From a virus (taxonomy: Duplodnaviria; Caudoviricetes), in the IMG/VR virus record IMGVR_UViG_3300037484_000235, positions 1-64,000 of that record: a stretch of DNA of 64,000 bases, one strand, 5' to 3'. The position numbers and the translations under genes are program-made. This document shows, piece by piece, positions 8,852-17,925 of the stretch (the first letter of the stretch is position 1; every line of letters starts with the position of its first letter). The notes below the pieces were generated by a model that saw only the letters and a program-made list of their open reading frames with translations, was not told the DNA's origin and searched no databases.

Positions 8852-9292
8852 ATGCTCGCACTTGAACCGCTGGTGTGGGGGGCCCTAATCGGTCTGTGTC
8901 TGGGAGGTTGCTCTGAGCTGCCTTCGGATGCGGACCAGCGGGTTCGGTGGACACCTTACCACGTGGGCGGCGGAATCTGGCTCCCACCGGAGCGCCAGCA
9001 GTTTCAGAGTGTGGCTGAGGGGGATTTTGCCACGTACGCGGAGGCATACGCCTATGTGCGGGATGCCTCTCGTCAGTACCCAACAGCTCAGTTTGGACTT
9101 TCCCGAATCGTAAGCTACCCGATTTGGCCCGGTGGTGTACTCATCGATCGTCCGCTCACGGAGGACGACACCCTTGAGTGGTGGAGCAACGGACACGTCA
9201 CTCTCCGCACGTTCCCCCCAAGTCGGGAATGTGGGGATGAGATTGCGGTAAGAGCGCATATCGTGCAGCACCGCTGTGAGGGAAATCCATGA
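8852..9292 (+). CDS. putative lipoprotein
   Basis: Hydrophobic N-terminus ending in lipobox-like LGGC (Cys20). Confidence 0.45.
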   Translation: MLALEPLVWGALIGLCLGGCSELPSDADQRVRWTPYHVGGGIWLPPERQQFQSVAEGDFATYAEAYAYVRDASRQYPTAQFGLSRIVSYPIWPGGVLIDRPLTEDDTLEWWSNGHVTLRTFPPSRECGDEIAVRAHIVQHRCEGNP

Positions 9293-9612
9293 TCAAGAGT
9301 AAGCCCGTGGGACCCCAGTACGAGAAGGCGGTAGTCGCTGCTATGGGAGAGTACAAGCGAACGAAGGACATCTCTGTGTACAAGGCTGCATTGCATGCGG
9401 CAGAGTGCGCGCAGGACGCTGCTATCGAGAGGGGTGGATTTCCTCTGGGTTACCGCTGTTCTACCGGTTTGCATACAGCAACCAAGCCGCATGTCGCGGG
9501 TCTGGTTCAGGCTCACGCAAATGCCGCTGTACGTGCCGGAGACGTCATCTGTCTAGGTCACGCAGTGCCTATCGACTCCGATGGATTAGAAGGGAGTGCC
9601 CATGCGAAGTGA
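9289..9612 (+). CDS. hypothetical protein
   Basis: ATGA overlap. Confidence 0.65.
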   Translation: MIKSKPVGPQYEKAVVAAMGEYKRTKDISVYKAALHAAECAQDAAIERGGFPLGYRCSTGLHTATKPHVAGLVQAHANAAVRAGDVICLGHAVPIDSDGLEGSAHAK

Positions 9613-10087
9613 AGCGGAAGTGCTTGAGCGTCTTGCGGGTCTGAAGTCGGATTTCTTCGGGGCGCAATGTGCGCAGTTGCTCTTTGGCATCTCGTTCGAG
9701 ACTGCAAAGGCCAATGGGCTTCTTCCAGAAGAGTATCTGAAGAAGATTGAGAGTGGGGAGAGTCAGAAGTGGGAAAAGACCACGGATGAACGCATTCAAA
9801 ATAGTATCGTAGGGTACTTGGATTTCGCGTGGGACAAAGCCACAGGTCACCGTGGACTCAGTGCATCCCGTTCCCTCGATCATTTCCGTGGTTGGTGCTG
9901 GCTCTTGGGAGACGATGAGGCGTTGTCATTTATCGATGACGACGCCAATTTCCCGCAGTATGGTGCCCCCATCCTGATGTACCTCTCGAAGCGTTTCGGA
10001 CACACGCCACCCAGTGGTGAAGACGCAAAGAACATGGCGCAGGGGCTTTCCTGTTCGCCCTATTGTGAAGACGGGTGCGGTGTGTGA
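9596..10087 (+). CDS. phage-type hypothetical protein
   Basis: YLDFAWDKATGHRGLSASRS...YGAPIL. Confidence 0.7.
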   Translation: MPMRSEAEVLERLAGLKSDFFGAQCAQLLFGISFETAKANGLLPEEYLKKIESGESQKWEKTTDERIQNSIVGYLDFAWDKATGHRGLSASRSLDHFRGWCWLLGDDEALSFIDDDANFPQYGAPILMYLSKRFGHTPPSGEDAKNMAQGLSCSPYCEDGCGV

Positions 10088-10233
10088 AGGACTGCCGACG
10101 ATGTTTGGGTCTGGGCTACAAAGGTCGCATGCGGGCTAGTGCCTGGTGTATTGAGACGTGTCCTAGGTGTCGTGGACTGGGCGTAGATCCCAGGCCCCAG
10201 ACCTTGCCCAAGAACCGCCGGAGGGTGGCATGA
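10084..10233 (+). CDS. 49-aa DnaJ-type zinc-finger peptide (not in ORF track)
   Basis: MKDCRRCLGLG...CPRCRGLG has two CxxCxGxG motifs; overlaps both neighbours by 4 nt. Confidence 0.7.
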   Translation: MKDCRRCLGLGYKGRMRASAWCIETCPRCRGLGVDPRPQTLPKNRRRVA

Positions 10234-10388
10234 TGCACAAGTGCGAGATGCATAACATTTGCGAGGGCTGCGCTCGTGAGTATGAGGAGCCTGCGCAGCA
10301 GTGCGACCTGTGTGGGCTCGACGGTCTCTGTCCGCGTTGCATAGGGGATTTGGATCACACCTGCGAGCAGGGAGCTGAGCGTGACTGA
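10230..10388 (+). CDS. small Cys-rich protein
   Basis: CEGC, CDLC and CPRC in 52 aa. Confidence 0.65.
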   Translation: MMHKCEMHNICEGCAREYEEPAQQCDLCGLDGLCPRCIGDLDHTCEQGAERD

Positions 10389-10704
10389 CAACATCATCCG
10401 GCCCCTTACGATGAGTGCGGAGCGAGAGGTTGCGGTTCGCGTGGGGTCCCATCTTGGGAACACGCATCCGAGTGGTGCCCTGGAAGACATCCGAGTGCTG
10501 CTTGCTGAGATTGACGCTTTGCGTGGTGTTGTACGTGCTGGGGACGAACTGTATATGGAAGCCTACGCAATGAAAAGGATGGGTGACCGTGCGTGCCACA
10601 ATGTGGTACTCAAAGAGTACAAGGCTGCCCGGCAAAGTCATTTGGACCAGCCCCAGATGACCCGACCGTTTCCCTCTTGGGAACCTTTTAAGCGCAAGCG
10701 ATGA
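10381..10704 (+). CDS. hypothetical protein (helical family)
   Basis: LLAEIDALRGVVRAGDEL...EYKAAR. Confidence 0.65.
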   Translation: MTDNIIRPLTMSAEREVAVRVGSHLGNTHPSGALEDIRVLLAEIDALRGVVRAGDELYMEAYAMKRMGDRACHNVVLKEYKAARQSHLDQPQMTRPFPSWEPFKRKR

Positions 10705-10716
10705 ATGAGGGAACAC

Positions 10717-10881
10717 ATGACGAATTCTAACGAGAAAAAGGATCCGTGCACGCCACGCAAATCGTCAGGCTGTCCTCGTGTACAACGGGGACTCAGCACG
10801 CGTAATGCCGTGGAGACAGCAATCGACCTGAGCAAGATGTCTGGTACGTGGGCACAGCTTCTTGGATGGGTCAGGTCATGA
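10717..10881 (+). CDS. 54-aa hypothetical protein (not in ORF track)
   Basis: GAGG upstream; its TGA overlaps ATG 10878. Confidence 0.45.
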   Translation: MTNSNEKKDPCTPRKSSGCPRVQRGLSTRNAVETAIDLSKMSGTWAQLLGWVRS

Positions 10882-11069
10882 GCAGCGGTAAGACCACAAT
10901 CGCACTACAAGCGATTACCGAATACCAGAGAAGGGGCGGTGTCGTTGAATACGTGGATACAGAGCATGTGCTTGATCTGGCTAGTGCTCAGCGAATGGGC
11001 GTCACCCTTGAGAGGCGACCCACTGTGATCATTGACGCCATTGCAAAGAAGAACACACATGGCCTGTGA
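10878..11069 (+). CDS. truncated RecA-like protein
   Basis: SSGKTTIALQAITEYQRRGGVVEYVDTEHVLD parallels RecA SSGKTTLAL...AQ..GG..AFIDAEHALD; only 63 aa. Confidence 0.7.
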   Translation: MSSGKTTIALQAITEYQRRGGVVEYVDTEHVLDLASAQRMGVTLERRPTVIIDAIAKKNTHGL

Positions 11070-11541
11070 TATCCATTGGTTTGTCGAGAAGCGAGTCGAT
11101 GGCGCCTGGACTTGTGTATGGCCGGAGTGCTATGCAGATCGAGAAGAGGTCAGGGAAGAACAGCAGGTAGATTTCCCTGGACGGTGGGTCTCTGGAAACG
11201 AGCACTGGCGTCTCATTGACGAGATGCTTCATAGTGCTCTGCGACCCAATCGAAACTACTCACTGTTTGCGATTCTCGCAGATGTACGCAACGATTCACA
11301 CCTGGAGCCCATCTGCGCTCCGCGAGGTTTTCCCCCGGATGCCTCCCCATTCCCACAGTGGGAGTCCAGGCGTATGGGTGATGATGGCCACAGTCACTCC
11401 TACTTCGCACTACAAGAACTTCTGGATGCTAACTGGGCTCAAAGTACGTACGTGGGGGATTTCACCGATGTGACCCTGCCTGCATTGCAGGAGCTAGGCC
11501 CTGTAGAAAACATCCGGGTTGTGTTCTTCTTCGATAACTGA
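11059..11541 (+). CDS. phage-type hypothetical protein (CDIH family)
   Basis: MACDIHWFVE...RNYSLFAILADVRN...PRGFP. Confidence 0.75.
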   Translation: MACDIHWFVEKRVDGAWTCVWPECYADREEVREEQQVDFPGRWVSGNEHWRLIDEMLHSALRPNRNYSLFAILADVRNDSHLEPICAPRGFPPDASPFPQWESRRMGDDGHSHSYFALQELLDANWAQSTYVGDFTDVTLPALQELGPVENIRVVFFFDN

Positions 11542-11580
11542 GATCCCTATGATGCCCCCTAGCGAAGCGCTGGACGCACG

Positions 11581-11895
11581 GTGAACCTAGTGAAAATCAT
11601 CCTGATGGCGCTCGTCATGTTCTTCTCGGTGACGGGTACGTTGCACATCATCATGATTTATCGGCGCACCGTACGGGAAATAAGGCCCTCGTTCCGTGGT
11701 GGTTTTCGATTGGTAGACATACCTGGTCTCGTTATGATAGCCATGATACCTGGTGTACTGCTCTTGTTTTTGCCTCGGTTCACTGAGAGGAGCACTCTCC
11801 TCAGTGTAGTTGGATTTCTCTTGGAGAGAGGATCCATTACACAGAATCAGGCAAAGGAGTATCTTCTGACAAAGAGCATAAGGTGGACCCCATGA
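11581..11895 (+). CDS. membrane protein
   Basis: Two hydrophobic segments. Confidence 0.6.
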   Translation: MNLVKIILMALVMFFSVTGTLHIIMIYRRTVREIRPSFRGGFRLVDIPGLVMIAMIPGVLLLFLPRFTERSTLLSVVGFLLERGSITQNQAKEYLLTKSIRWTP

Positions 11896-11934
11896 CTGAT
11901 CCTGGGCACCGCTAAAATCCGGAGACCTAGATAG

Positions 11935-12165
11935 ATGGCACACACAGATAACGGTAAAGAGTTCGCTCTTGGCAAGCTGGCAGAGCGCAAGGGTAACCGG
12001 CCAAAGCAGATCGACAACAGCAGTTTGTATGCGGGGAGTCCTATGTACTTCTACTGTCAAGCGTGTGGCCATCTTTCAGATACCAAGCCAGAAGACTACA
12101 ACACGGCAGTTCGATTACTGTGTGAAGAGTGCCAAGCGCTGAAGGACTTGGATTGGCTCGGGTGA
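11935..12165 (+). CDS. zinc-ribbon protein
   Basis: CQAC and CEEC pairs. Confidence 0.65.
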   Translation: MAHTDNGKEFALGKLAERKGNRPKQIDNSSLYAGSPMYFYCQACGHLSDTKPEDYNTAVRLLCEECQALKDLDWLG

Positions 12166-12170
12166 AAACC

Positions 12171-12458
12171 ATGACACGAATTCGTTGTGACCAATGCAAT
12201 CGGTTCAGAGACCCCCGCCATCTCAAGGCGCTCCTGGGTGGTAACTTGGACGATGCTCTCTGCAATGAAGAGATCATCGTTTGCAAATCCAGTAAGGCGT
12301 GTGACCAAGCCAAAATATCTCGATCAGATCCGGGAAAGTTGCTTCGAGTCTTGCGCATGAGGATCGAGAGGCTTCTCCATCGACCTAGCGTGCTAGGGGA
12401 CAAGACCTTGTATGCCAGGTTGCGCCTGGCTTACGCCAGGTCCGACCCGGAATCATGA
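12171..12458 (+). CDS. hypothetical protein
   Basis: ATG at 12171; CDQC motif. Confidence 0.55.
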   Translation: MTRIRCDQCNRFRDPRHLKALLGGNLDDALCNEEIIVCKSSKACDQAKISRSDPGKLLRVLRMRIERLLHRPSVLGDKTLYARLRLAYARSDPES

Positions 12459-12569
12459 AATCCTTCAGAGCCCACCCGTTACAGGAATGAGAGGCGAAAC
12501 GACATGTGACCCCTCGTAACGCAATCCTGATACGGGCGTTAAAGGTGTACAAGGGAAGAGGGCCATCAA

Positions 12570-12806
12570 ATGACGACCAAGCAAGTGATTCTGGACAACG
12601 GCAAGGGCCAGGGCGCATACGGTTTGGCGGATAGCTGGACAGAAGCCATCGCCAATGCTCGTGGTCATTGGCGATGGAACTTCAGCACACAGAAGCCGAC
12701 CCGTGTACGTCGGTTGGAGTTGGCTGCGTCCGGAGCAATCGTGGGCCAGTCACCGGAGACGCCGTTCGTCTCGTGGGCTGCTCTCGAACGTGAGGCACAA
12801 ACATGA
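12570..12806 (+). CDS. hypothetical protein
   Basis: ATGA overlap with next gene. Confidence 0.6.
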   Translation: MTTKQVILDNGKGQGAYGLADSWTEAIANARGHWRWNFSTQKPTRVRRLELAASGAIVGQSPETPFVSWAALEREAQT

Positions 12807-13075
12807 ATAGACGAGTGTACAATTTTTGCTCGGGTCTTCGAGGCAGCTTTGAATTCCGGAGGAACGCTACGTTGCACGCCCACGACGTGGAGATGACCAA
12901 GGTGCCTATGACACCGACCGACGCACAACTTCGAACGGCGACGATGAATACCCGTCTCGTAGAGGCTCAGGCGTGGCAGACGGCCATTGAGGTGCTTGAC
13001 GATGCGGAGCGTGCTGAGGTTGAGGACGAACGCAGGATGTACGAACACGAGCTTGGGAAGCGCTCAATCGTGTAA
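12803..13075 (+). CDS. hypothetical protein
   Basis: Stop codon supplied by the AATCGTGTAA box (ends ...IV*). Confidence 0.65.
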   Translation: MNRRVYNFCSGLRGSFEFRRNATLHAHDVEMTKVPMTPTDAQLRTATMNTRLVEAQAWQTAIEVLDDAERAEVEDERRMYEHELGKRSIV

Positions 13076-13104
13076 TTGGGTGCACGCCGCTCGTTACACT
13101 GGTG
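13066..13104 (+). promoter_or_regulatory. bipartite promoter-like element
   Basis: AATCGTGTAA-N16-CGTTACACTGGTG, ATG at 13121. Confidence 0.85.
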
Positions 13105-13120
13105 GAAAGAGGAACACACC

Positions 13121-13453
13121 ATGGCACTACGAGTCGGAATTCTTCGCAACGCAGGTGGCATCGACAGTACAAAGGGCGGCGTCACGAGCCTGAAGCAGGG
13201 CGCGACGAGCTGTATTCTGCTCGGTGTTCCGGGCCCGATAAGCGACGCCCTCACGGATGACGATGTGAGCCCCAACGAGATTGTGCTGACCCTCGTACGG
13301 CGCACGATTTGCGGCAAGGAGTACATCCACGCTGTCCCTCGTCGTGCACCCATCAGCCACCCCATGTTCGGTGGGAACTTCATCCACTCAAGTGACTCGC
13401 GCTTCGCTGACATCTGCCCGTATCCAATCCCGGTTCACGACCGTTTCGAGTGA
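13121..13453 (+). CDS. phage-type hypothetical protein
   Basis: MFGGNFIHSSDSRF...PIPVHDRFE; follows the element. Confidence 0.75.
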   Translation: MALRVGILRNAGGIDSTKGGVTSLKQGATSCILLGVPGPISDALTDDDVSPNEIVLTLVRRTICGKEYIHAVPRRAPISHPMFGGNFIHSSDSRFADICPYPIPVHDRFE

Positions 13454-13468
13454 AGGACAACACACGTC

Positions 13469-13723
13469 ATGGGTGACCCGATGATGACTGAGGCGCAGTT
13501 TGAACGTATCACTGATGACAAGCCGTGGCTGCGCTTTCGTACGCCCCGCCGTGATCAGGGGCAAATCGTTGAGCATTCTTACGCAACAGATCTTCAGGAC
13601 TGCCTGTGCTGGGAGCGCGTCGAAGACCGCTCCGATCGCAGCGTGAGGTATGCCTCCCGCCCGCTCTCTGAGTCTGAGATCGATCGTGAGGAGTGTTGTG
13701 AACTTGGGGATGGTTCATGGTGA
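13469..13723 (+). CDS. hypothetical protein
   Basis: Tiles the operon. Confidence 0.6.
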   Translation: MGDPMMTEAQFERITDDKPWLRFRTPRRDQGQIVEHSYATDLQDCLCWERVEDRSDRSVRYASRPLSESEIDREECCELGDGSW

Positions 13724-13843
13724 TCACAGCTTTAGCAACTGGGCGCCTCGCAGGCCAACTCCATGCAGGAAGCGTTCATCATGGAGCGTGGTTGGCTTTT
13801 CTTCGGAACGGCCTCCTCGTAACTTACGGGGGTAAGGAACATC

Positions 13844-14614
13844 ATGGGACGTGAAATCAAGCGGGTAGCTCTGGACTTCAAGTGGCCTCTGGGCGAGATC
13901 TGGGAGGGGTTCAAGCCCCCTCCAAATGGAAAGGGCGATTGCCCCAACTGCGTCGACAGCCAGGGGGACTCGTCAGGCTATGGGCGCATGGGGATGGCAA
14001 TTCACTCCCTTTCGGACTACCACCACAACCGTGGCCGGGGAACTGGGATTCTCCCGGCGGATGGTGCTCAGTACGATGAGGCAGATCTGCTCATCCTTCG
14101 GGCATTACGCCTGAGTGTGGACGGCAAGAGAGGGCTTCTTCCACGAGAGGAGCAGTCTCTCCCCTACACCTACGGGTTCGGTCGCTCAGGCATGACGAAT
14201 CCACGTACGATGACGTATCACCTGATGCTGCACCTCGCTGAGAGCCTGGGGCTACCTAAGGAGGTCTTCCTCTGCAAGATCTGTAAGGGTGACGGGGACG
14301 TTGTGGTAGACGCAGCGCAGCACGCTCTGCGGGAAGCGTGGGTAAAGACCCCGCCGCCCTCGGGTGAGGGGTGGCAGATCTGGGAGACCGTGAGCGAGGG
14401 CTCCCCCGTGTCACCGGTTTTCCCCACGAGTGAAGAGCTTGCTGTCTTCATGAGCACGAGGGGAACCAAGTGGGACAAGCCTGTGTCTCTGGAGGCTGCT
14501 CAGGCATTCATCCGTAGCGGTTGGGCCCCGAGCGGAATGATCCTAGATGGACAGATGAGCACGGCGCTCGACATCCCACTTGTGTGCGATCTGTTCAACG
14601 CTCGTACCTCTTGA
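13844..14614 (+). CDS. phage-type hypothetical protein with zinc-finger segments
   Basis: MGREIKRV; CPNC and CKICKGDG; PPSGEGWQIWETVSEGSPVSPVF. Confidence 0.75.
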   Translation: MGREIKRVALDFKWPLGEIWEGFKPPPNGKGDCPNCVDSQGDSSGYGRMGMAIHSLSDYHHNRGRGTGILPADGAQYDEADLLILRALRLSVDGKRGLLPREEQSLPYTYGFGRSGMTNPRTMTYHLMLHLAESLGLPKEVFLCKICKGDGDVVVDAAQHALREAWVKTPPPSGEGWQIWETVSEGSPVSPVFPTSEELAVFMSTRGTKWDKPVSLEAAQAFIRSGWAPSGMILDGQMSTALDIPLVCDLFNARTS

Positions 14615-14654
14615 ATCGTGTAATTCCATCCCCCCACTCGTTACCTGGGTGAGG
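14614..14654 (+). promoter_or_regulatory. bipartite promoter-like element
   Basis: AATCGTGTAA-N15-CGTTACCTGGGTGAGG, ATG at 14662. Confidence 0.85.
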
Positions 14655-14661
14655 GAAGACC

Positions 14662-14910
14662 ATGGACAACGAAAAGCTCATCGCGCATGCTCGAAACCAG
14701 GTGAAGTCGGCCCGCATGGCGTTCAATTGGGCCAGTACCACTGCTGGCTGGTGTGATCGCACCGTGATCTTGATCGGTCATGTCTGTCCTGAGTCTGCGT
14801 CTGCAAAGGACGCAGACACTGCTGCTCGGGAAGCGATGCACGCTGCGTCCGCAAGCCTGGGGGTGGCTCTGGATTTCCTAGAGTCACTGGGAGCGAGTGA
14901 ATTACCATGA
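14662..14910 (+). CDS. hypothetical protein
   Basis: Follows the element. Confidence 0.7.
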   Translation: MDNEKLIAHARNQVKSARMAFNWASTTAGWCDRTVILIGHVCPESASAKDADTAAREAMHAASASLGVALDFLESLGASELP

Positions 14911-15146
14911 AGAAGATCACACCACAACTGGGATGGGTCTGCAATCTCCCAGAGGTCGGAACGGTTCGTTTAGCGTACTCCGAAGAGCTGACTCTGATCG
15001 AGCGAATCTCAGAGCTGGACAAGAAGCGCAAGGCTCTTCTTTCTGATCTTCGTGAGAAGCGCGTAGAGACCCTCAAGTTCGTAGGCAAGGATTGGACGGC
15101 AGGAGAGATTGCCGATGCCATTGCTGCCACGAAGCCGACCGAGTAG
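14907..15146 (+). CDS. hypothetical protein
   Basis: ATGA overlap. Confidence 0.65.
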   Translation: MKKITPQLGWVCNLPEVGTVRLAYSEELTLIERISELDKKRKALLSDLREKRVETLKFVGKDWTAGEIADAIAATKPTE

Positions 15147-15154
15147 AGTCTTCT

Positions 15155-15346
15155 ATGAAGACAGCTAAAAGGACAGCCGTACTGACTGCTCTATCGGCAG
15201 AGATCACCGCCTGCCAGAATCAACATAGTGATGACTGTGAGTGCTGGCTGGATAGCCTTGAGAAGGCTACGTCGGACGCCTACGATGTTATCGAGACAGA
15301 GCGCGCCGAGGAGAAGGAAGCACACGGAATCCCGTGGAACAAATGA
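15155..15346 (+). CDS. hypothetical protein
   Basis: ATG at 15155. Confidence 0.6.
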   Translation: MKTAKRTAVLTALSAEITACQNQHSDDCECWLDSLEKATSDAYDVIETERAEEKEAHGIPWNK

Positions 15347-15573
15347 TCATGTCCAATCCCCATCAAAAATTCTACGACCAGCAAGCCAAGCGCCGGGAAA
15401 TCAACCAGACGTTCCTGGATGCCCGTCGGGTAGCGATGTCCCTCAAGGAAGCCGCTCACGCCGCTCGTGGGATGGGCCCAGAGACTGTTTGTTCGTGCGA
15501 TGCCTGTCAGGTATGGCTCAACACCGTGGACGCAGCCACTAAGGCGTACAACGCAGCGATTGCCGCTCTCTGA
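15343..15573 (+). CDS. hypothetical protein
   Basis: ATGA overlap. Confidence 0.65.
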   Translation: MIMSNPHQKFYDQQAKRREINQTFLDARRVAMSLKEAAHAARGMGPETVCSCDACQVWLNTVDAATKAYNAAIAAL

Positions 15574-15589
15574 GTGGCTGTGGTACAAA

Positions 15590-15778
15590 ATGGGATTTCC
15601 TCCTGGGGCTCGTGTTTTGATTGACGGAGAGGTGGAGGCCTTGGTGAGCCAACACTTCCCTGAGGGTTCGTCTTCTCACTGGTTCCCCCACTACGTTCTG
15701 AACGTAATTGATGGGGACAGCGGGGTTGCGGTGTCTACCAAGCGGGTAGGCGTAGAATGGCGCAAAAAGATCGTGTAA
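15590..15778 (+). CDS. small SH3-like hypothetical protein
   Basis: FPPGARVLID...; stop supplied by the box (ends ...IV*). Confidence 0.6.
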   Translation: MGFPPGARVLIDGEVEALVSQHFPEGSSSHWFPHYVLNVIDGDSGVAVSTKRVGVEWRKKIV

Positions 15779-15810
15779 TCCCTCTCCCGGTATGCGTTAC
15801 CAGGGTGAGG
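15769..15810 (+). promoter_or_regulatory. bipartite promoter-like element
   Basis: GATCGTGTAA-N16-CGTTACCAGGGTGAGG, ATG at 15820. Confidence 0.85.
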
Positions 15811-15819
15811 GTCTTCCAA

Positions 15820-16026
15820 ATGAATCACAATGTACCGAAGTACACAGCAGTCAACGCGCCGCTCGGCATGAGTGACAGCCGCAAGGCTCATGTCACGGGT
15901 CCAGATCTCAACGGTCGCATCCGTCCCGTAGCTTCCTTCTGGTCCTATGCGGAAGCGGTGTCTTGGGCGGCAGATCGCAACAAGCGGCAGGCCATGGCCA
16001 TCGCCACTGTGGAAGCGAGTCTGTAG
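15820..16026 (+). CDS. hypothetical protein
   Basis: Follows the element. Confidence 0.7.
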   Translation: MNHNVPKYTAVNAPLGMSDSRKAHVTGPDLNGRIRPVASFWSYAEAVSWAADRNKRQAMAIATVEASL

Positions 16027-16028
16027 TC

Positions 16029-16262
16029 ATGGGAACCACTGACAAGTGTGCGGTTGCGGTCAGGGCCCTCGAAGAAGCCGGATACGAAGCTGTGTCCTAC
16101 TCCGGACGTGGCATGTACGGAGAGAAGTGCGTCGGGGTTCGAGTGGGCAGTGCTATCGAGGCTGGGGAACTGACGGCTGTGGTGGGGCACCGACCGACCA
16201 CAGACAGCATGGGGATGGGCGTCATTGCCTACTGGCCCGCGATTTCGTGGGTAGAGGAGTAA
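16029..16262 (+). CDS. hypothetical protein, paralog of 56736-56999
   Basis: YSGRGMYG...AGELTAVVGHRPTTDSMGMGVIAYWPAISW. Confidence 0.8.
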   Translation: MGTTDKCAVAVRALEEAGYEAVSYSGRGMYGEKCVGVRVGSAIEAGELTAVVGHRPTTDSMGMGVIAYWPAISWVEE

Positions 16263-16270
16263 AGGTTTCA

Positions 16271-16744
16271 ATGGCGAAAAAGACATCACCTCCGCCTGAA
16301 GTGCCGGAAGTGCCCGATGACCTGACGGACATTGAGTGCACCGCAGAGAACAATCTCTATGTGGAGTGGGGCGAGGACAGATCTCCTCTGGATCATGAGT
16401 GCCTTGAGATGGTTGCTGAGCTTCGTCGGCTTCGCCCGATCGCAAAGGCAGCTGAAAAGCTCCGACCGTTTCTACGGGAGCCTCTTAGAGGGACTGAGGA
16501 GTTCAAGGCCATCCTGAGTTTGAAGCGGGCTTTTACCAACAGCCAGAAGCTCAAGCGTGACAAGGCTATCGCTGACCGGGATGCGGCTCTTCTCCTACAC
16601 GTCAAGGCCCTGAAGAAGGCAAAGCGGTGTGCAAAGGTGTTTGGTCTTGGGCAGAAGCGCTCGGACCCCACACACGCGACAGCCTGCACCCTGCCAAAGG
16701 GTCATGTCGGGGACTGTTCGGGTTTCCGCAACTGGGTTCTCTAG
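16271..16744 (+). CDS. hypothetical protein
   Basis: ATG at 16271; C-terminal CTLPKGHVGDC. Confidence 0.65.
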   Translation: MAKKTSPPPEVPEVPDDLTDIECTAENNLYVEWGEDRSPLDHECLEMVAELRRLRPIAKAAEKLRPFLREPLRGTEEFKAILSLKRAFTNSQKLKRDKAIADRDAALLLHVKALKKAKRCAKVFGLGQKRSDPTHATACTLPKGHVGDCSGFRNWVL

Positions 16745-16752
16745 AGGGCAGC

Positions 16753-17148
16753 ATGGGACAAAGCACTGATGCGATGATGGGATGGGGGATTGCGTACGCA
16801 AGCGAGGGTGGTTGCGATTACGATGCCATCGAAGCGGCCACAAACCGACTGAAATCCGAGGGCATCGACGCCGCAATTCACACCCATTGTTCTGGCGACT
16901 GTCCGATGCTGGCGATCGTGATTCCGAGCACATACCGAAGGGCATGGCGGGGATCTCCGAAAAGGTGTGACGACCTGTTCGCCCTGATCCAACGTGAAAC
17001 TTGGGGCGCAAACATTCACCGTGCGCTGGAGGTCTACCTCGAAGAACTCGCGAAGACCGAGGCGGTTGAGTTCATCAAAGAGTACCGCAAGGACTATGCG
17101 ATTGAACCAGGCCAACTCGGCTGGTACCTCTTCTCGGATTGGTCGTAA
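16753..17148 (+). CDS. hypothetical protein
   Basis: ATG at 16753 after GAGG. Confidence 0.65.
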   Translation: MGQSTDAMMGWGIAYASEGGCDYDAIEAATNRLKSEGIDAAIHTHCSGDCPMLAIVIPSTYRRAWRGSPKRCDDLFALIQRETWGANIHRALEVYLEELAKTEAVEFIKEYRKDYAIEPGQLGWYLFSDWS

Positions 17149-17152
17149 GTCC

Positions 17153-17512
17153 GTGTCCGACTTCGACTACTCCAAGCTCACGGACCTCGATCGAAGGTTC
17201 ATCCTCGCGAGCGTGCAGGCTTCGGCGCTTCGAAGCGCTGTTGGACTGGCCCTTCTCGCTGAGGGTCTTGAACCCACTGAGGAGTCTGTCGTGTATGTGG
17301 CAAAGCGGATGGTGGAGGTGGATGGTCGCTCACTGCGTGACGAGGTGTACGCCCTGAAGTCCCAGGCACAACGGATCACCAGTCAGGCTACTGACGTGGC
17401 CTTCCAGCCCAAGTCCAAGTGCCCCCGATGTGGGTCCACGAACATCGTGGATGTCAGTATGGGTTACACCTTCGATTGTGCGGGTTGCGGGCACAGTTGG
17501 CCAATCGTGTAA
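17153..17512 (+). CDS. hypothetical protein with C-terminal zinc ribbon
   Basis: CPRCGS...CAGCGHSW; stop supplied by the box (ends ...IV*). Confidence 0.65.
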   Translation: MSDFDYSKLTDLDRRFILASVQASALRSAVGLALLAEGLEPTEESVVYVAKRMVEVDGRSLRDEVYALKSQAQRITSQATDVAFQPKSKCPRCGSTNIVDVSMGYTFDCAGCGHSWPIV

Positions 17513-17544
17513 TGGACTGTGTTCCCGAACGTTACACAGGTGAG
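17503..17544 (+). promoter_or_regulatory. bipartite promoter-like element
   Basis: AATCGTGTAA-N17-CGTTACACAGGTGAG, ATG at 17554. Confidence 0.85.
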
Positions 17545-17553
17545 AAATCTACG

Positions 17554-17919
17554 ATGACCAACAAGGGCCGATGGTACGAGAAGTTCAGTGTCGGGGACCA
17601 TGTCTCTGTTCGGACCTATCTGAACGGCAAGGAACAGTGGGCTGAAGGCACCGTCACCCAGATTCCCGCCCGAGTGACCTGGGATCCCAAACGCATTCGG
17701 GGGGAGTTCGTGGTCAAGAGCCTTGGCTCTGAGATCCGGGTGATTCGGGCAGGGGGTGTTCGCCCTGCCCCGCAGGATCCCCGCCTCGCTGTCGTTCTGC
17801 GTGTCTGTTGCAGTCTTAGGGAACACGGCTCCGAGAGCCACACGCAAGACTGCCACTTTCGGGTGGCGGAGACTCCCGGATGGCCACCCAACTACTTCCA
17901 CGGAACGCCAAACTGCTGA
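17554..17919 (+). CDS. SH3-like hypothetical protein
   Basis: FSVGDHVSV...WAEGTVTQ; follows the element. Confidence 0.65.
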   Translation: MTNKGRWYEKFSVGDHVSVRTYLNGKEQWAEGTVTQIPARVTWDPKRIRGEFVVKSLGSEIRVIRAGGVRPAPQDPRLAVVLRVCCSLREHGSESHTQDCHFRVAETPGWPPNYFHGTPNC

Positions 17920-17925
17920 CCCCCC

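Noticed and set aside
10848-11069. Functional full-length recA
   Set aside because: An in-frame TAA lies at 10803-10805, the other frames show no RecA-like sequence, and Walker A is incomplete.
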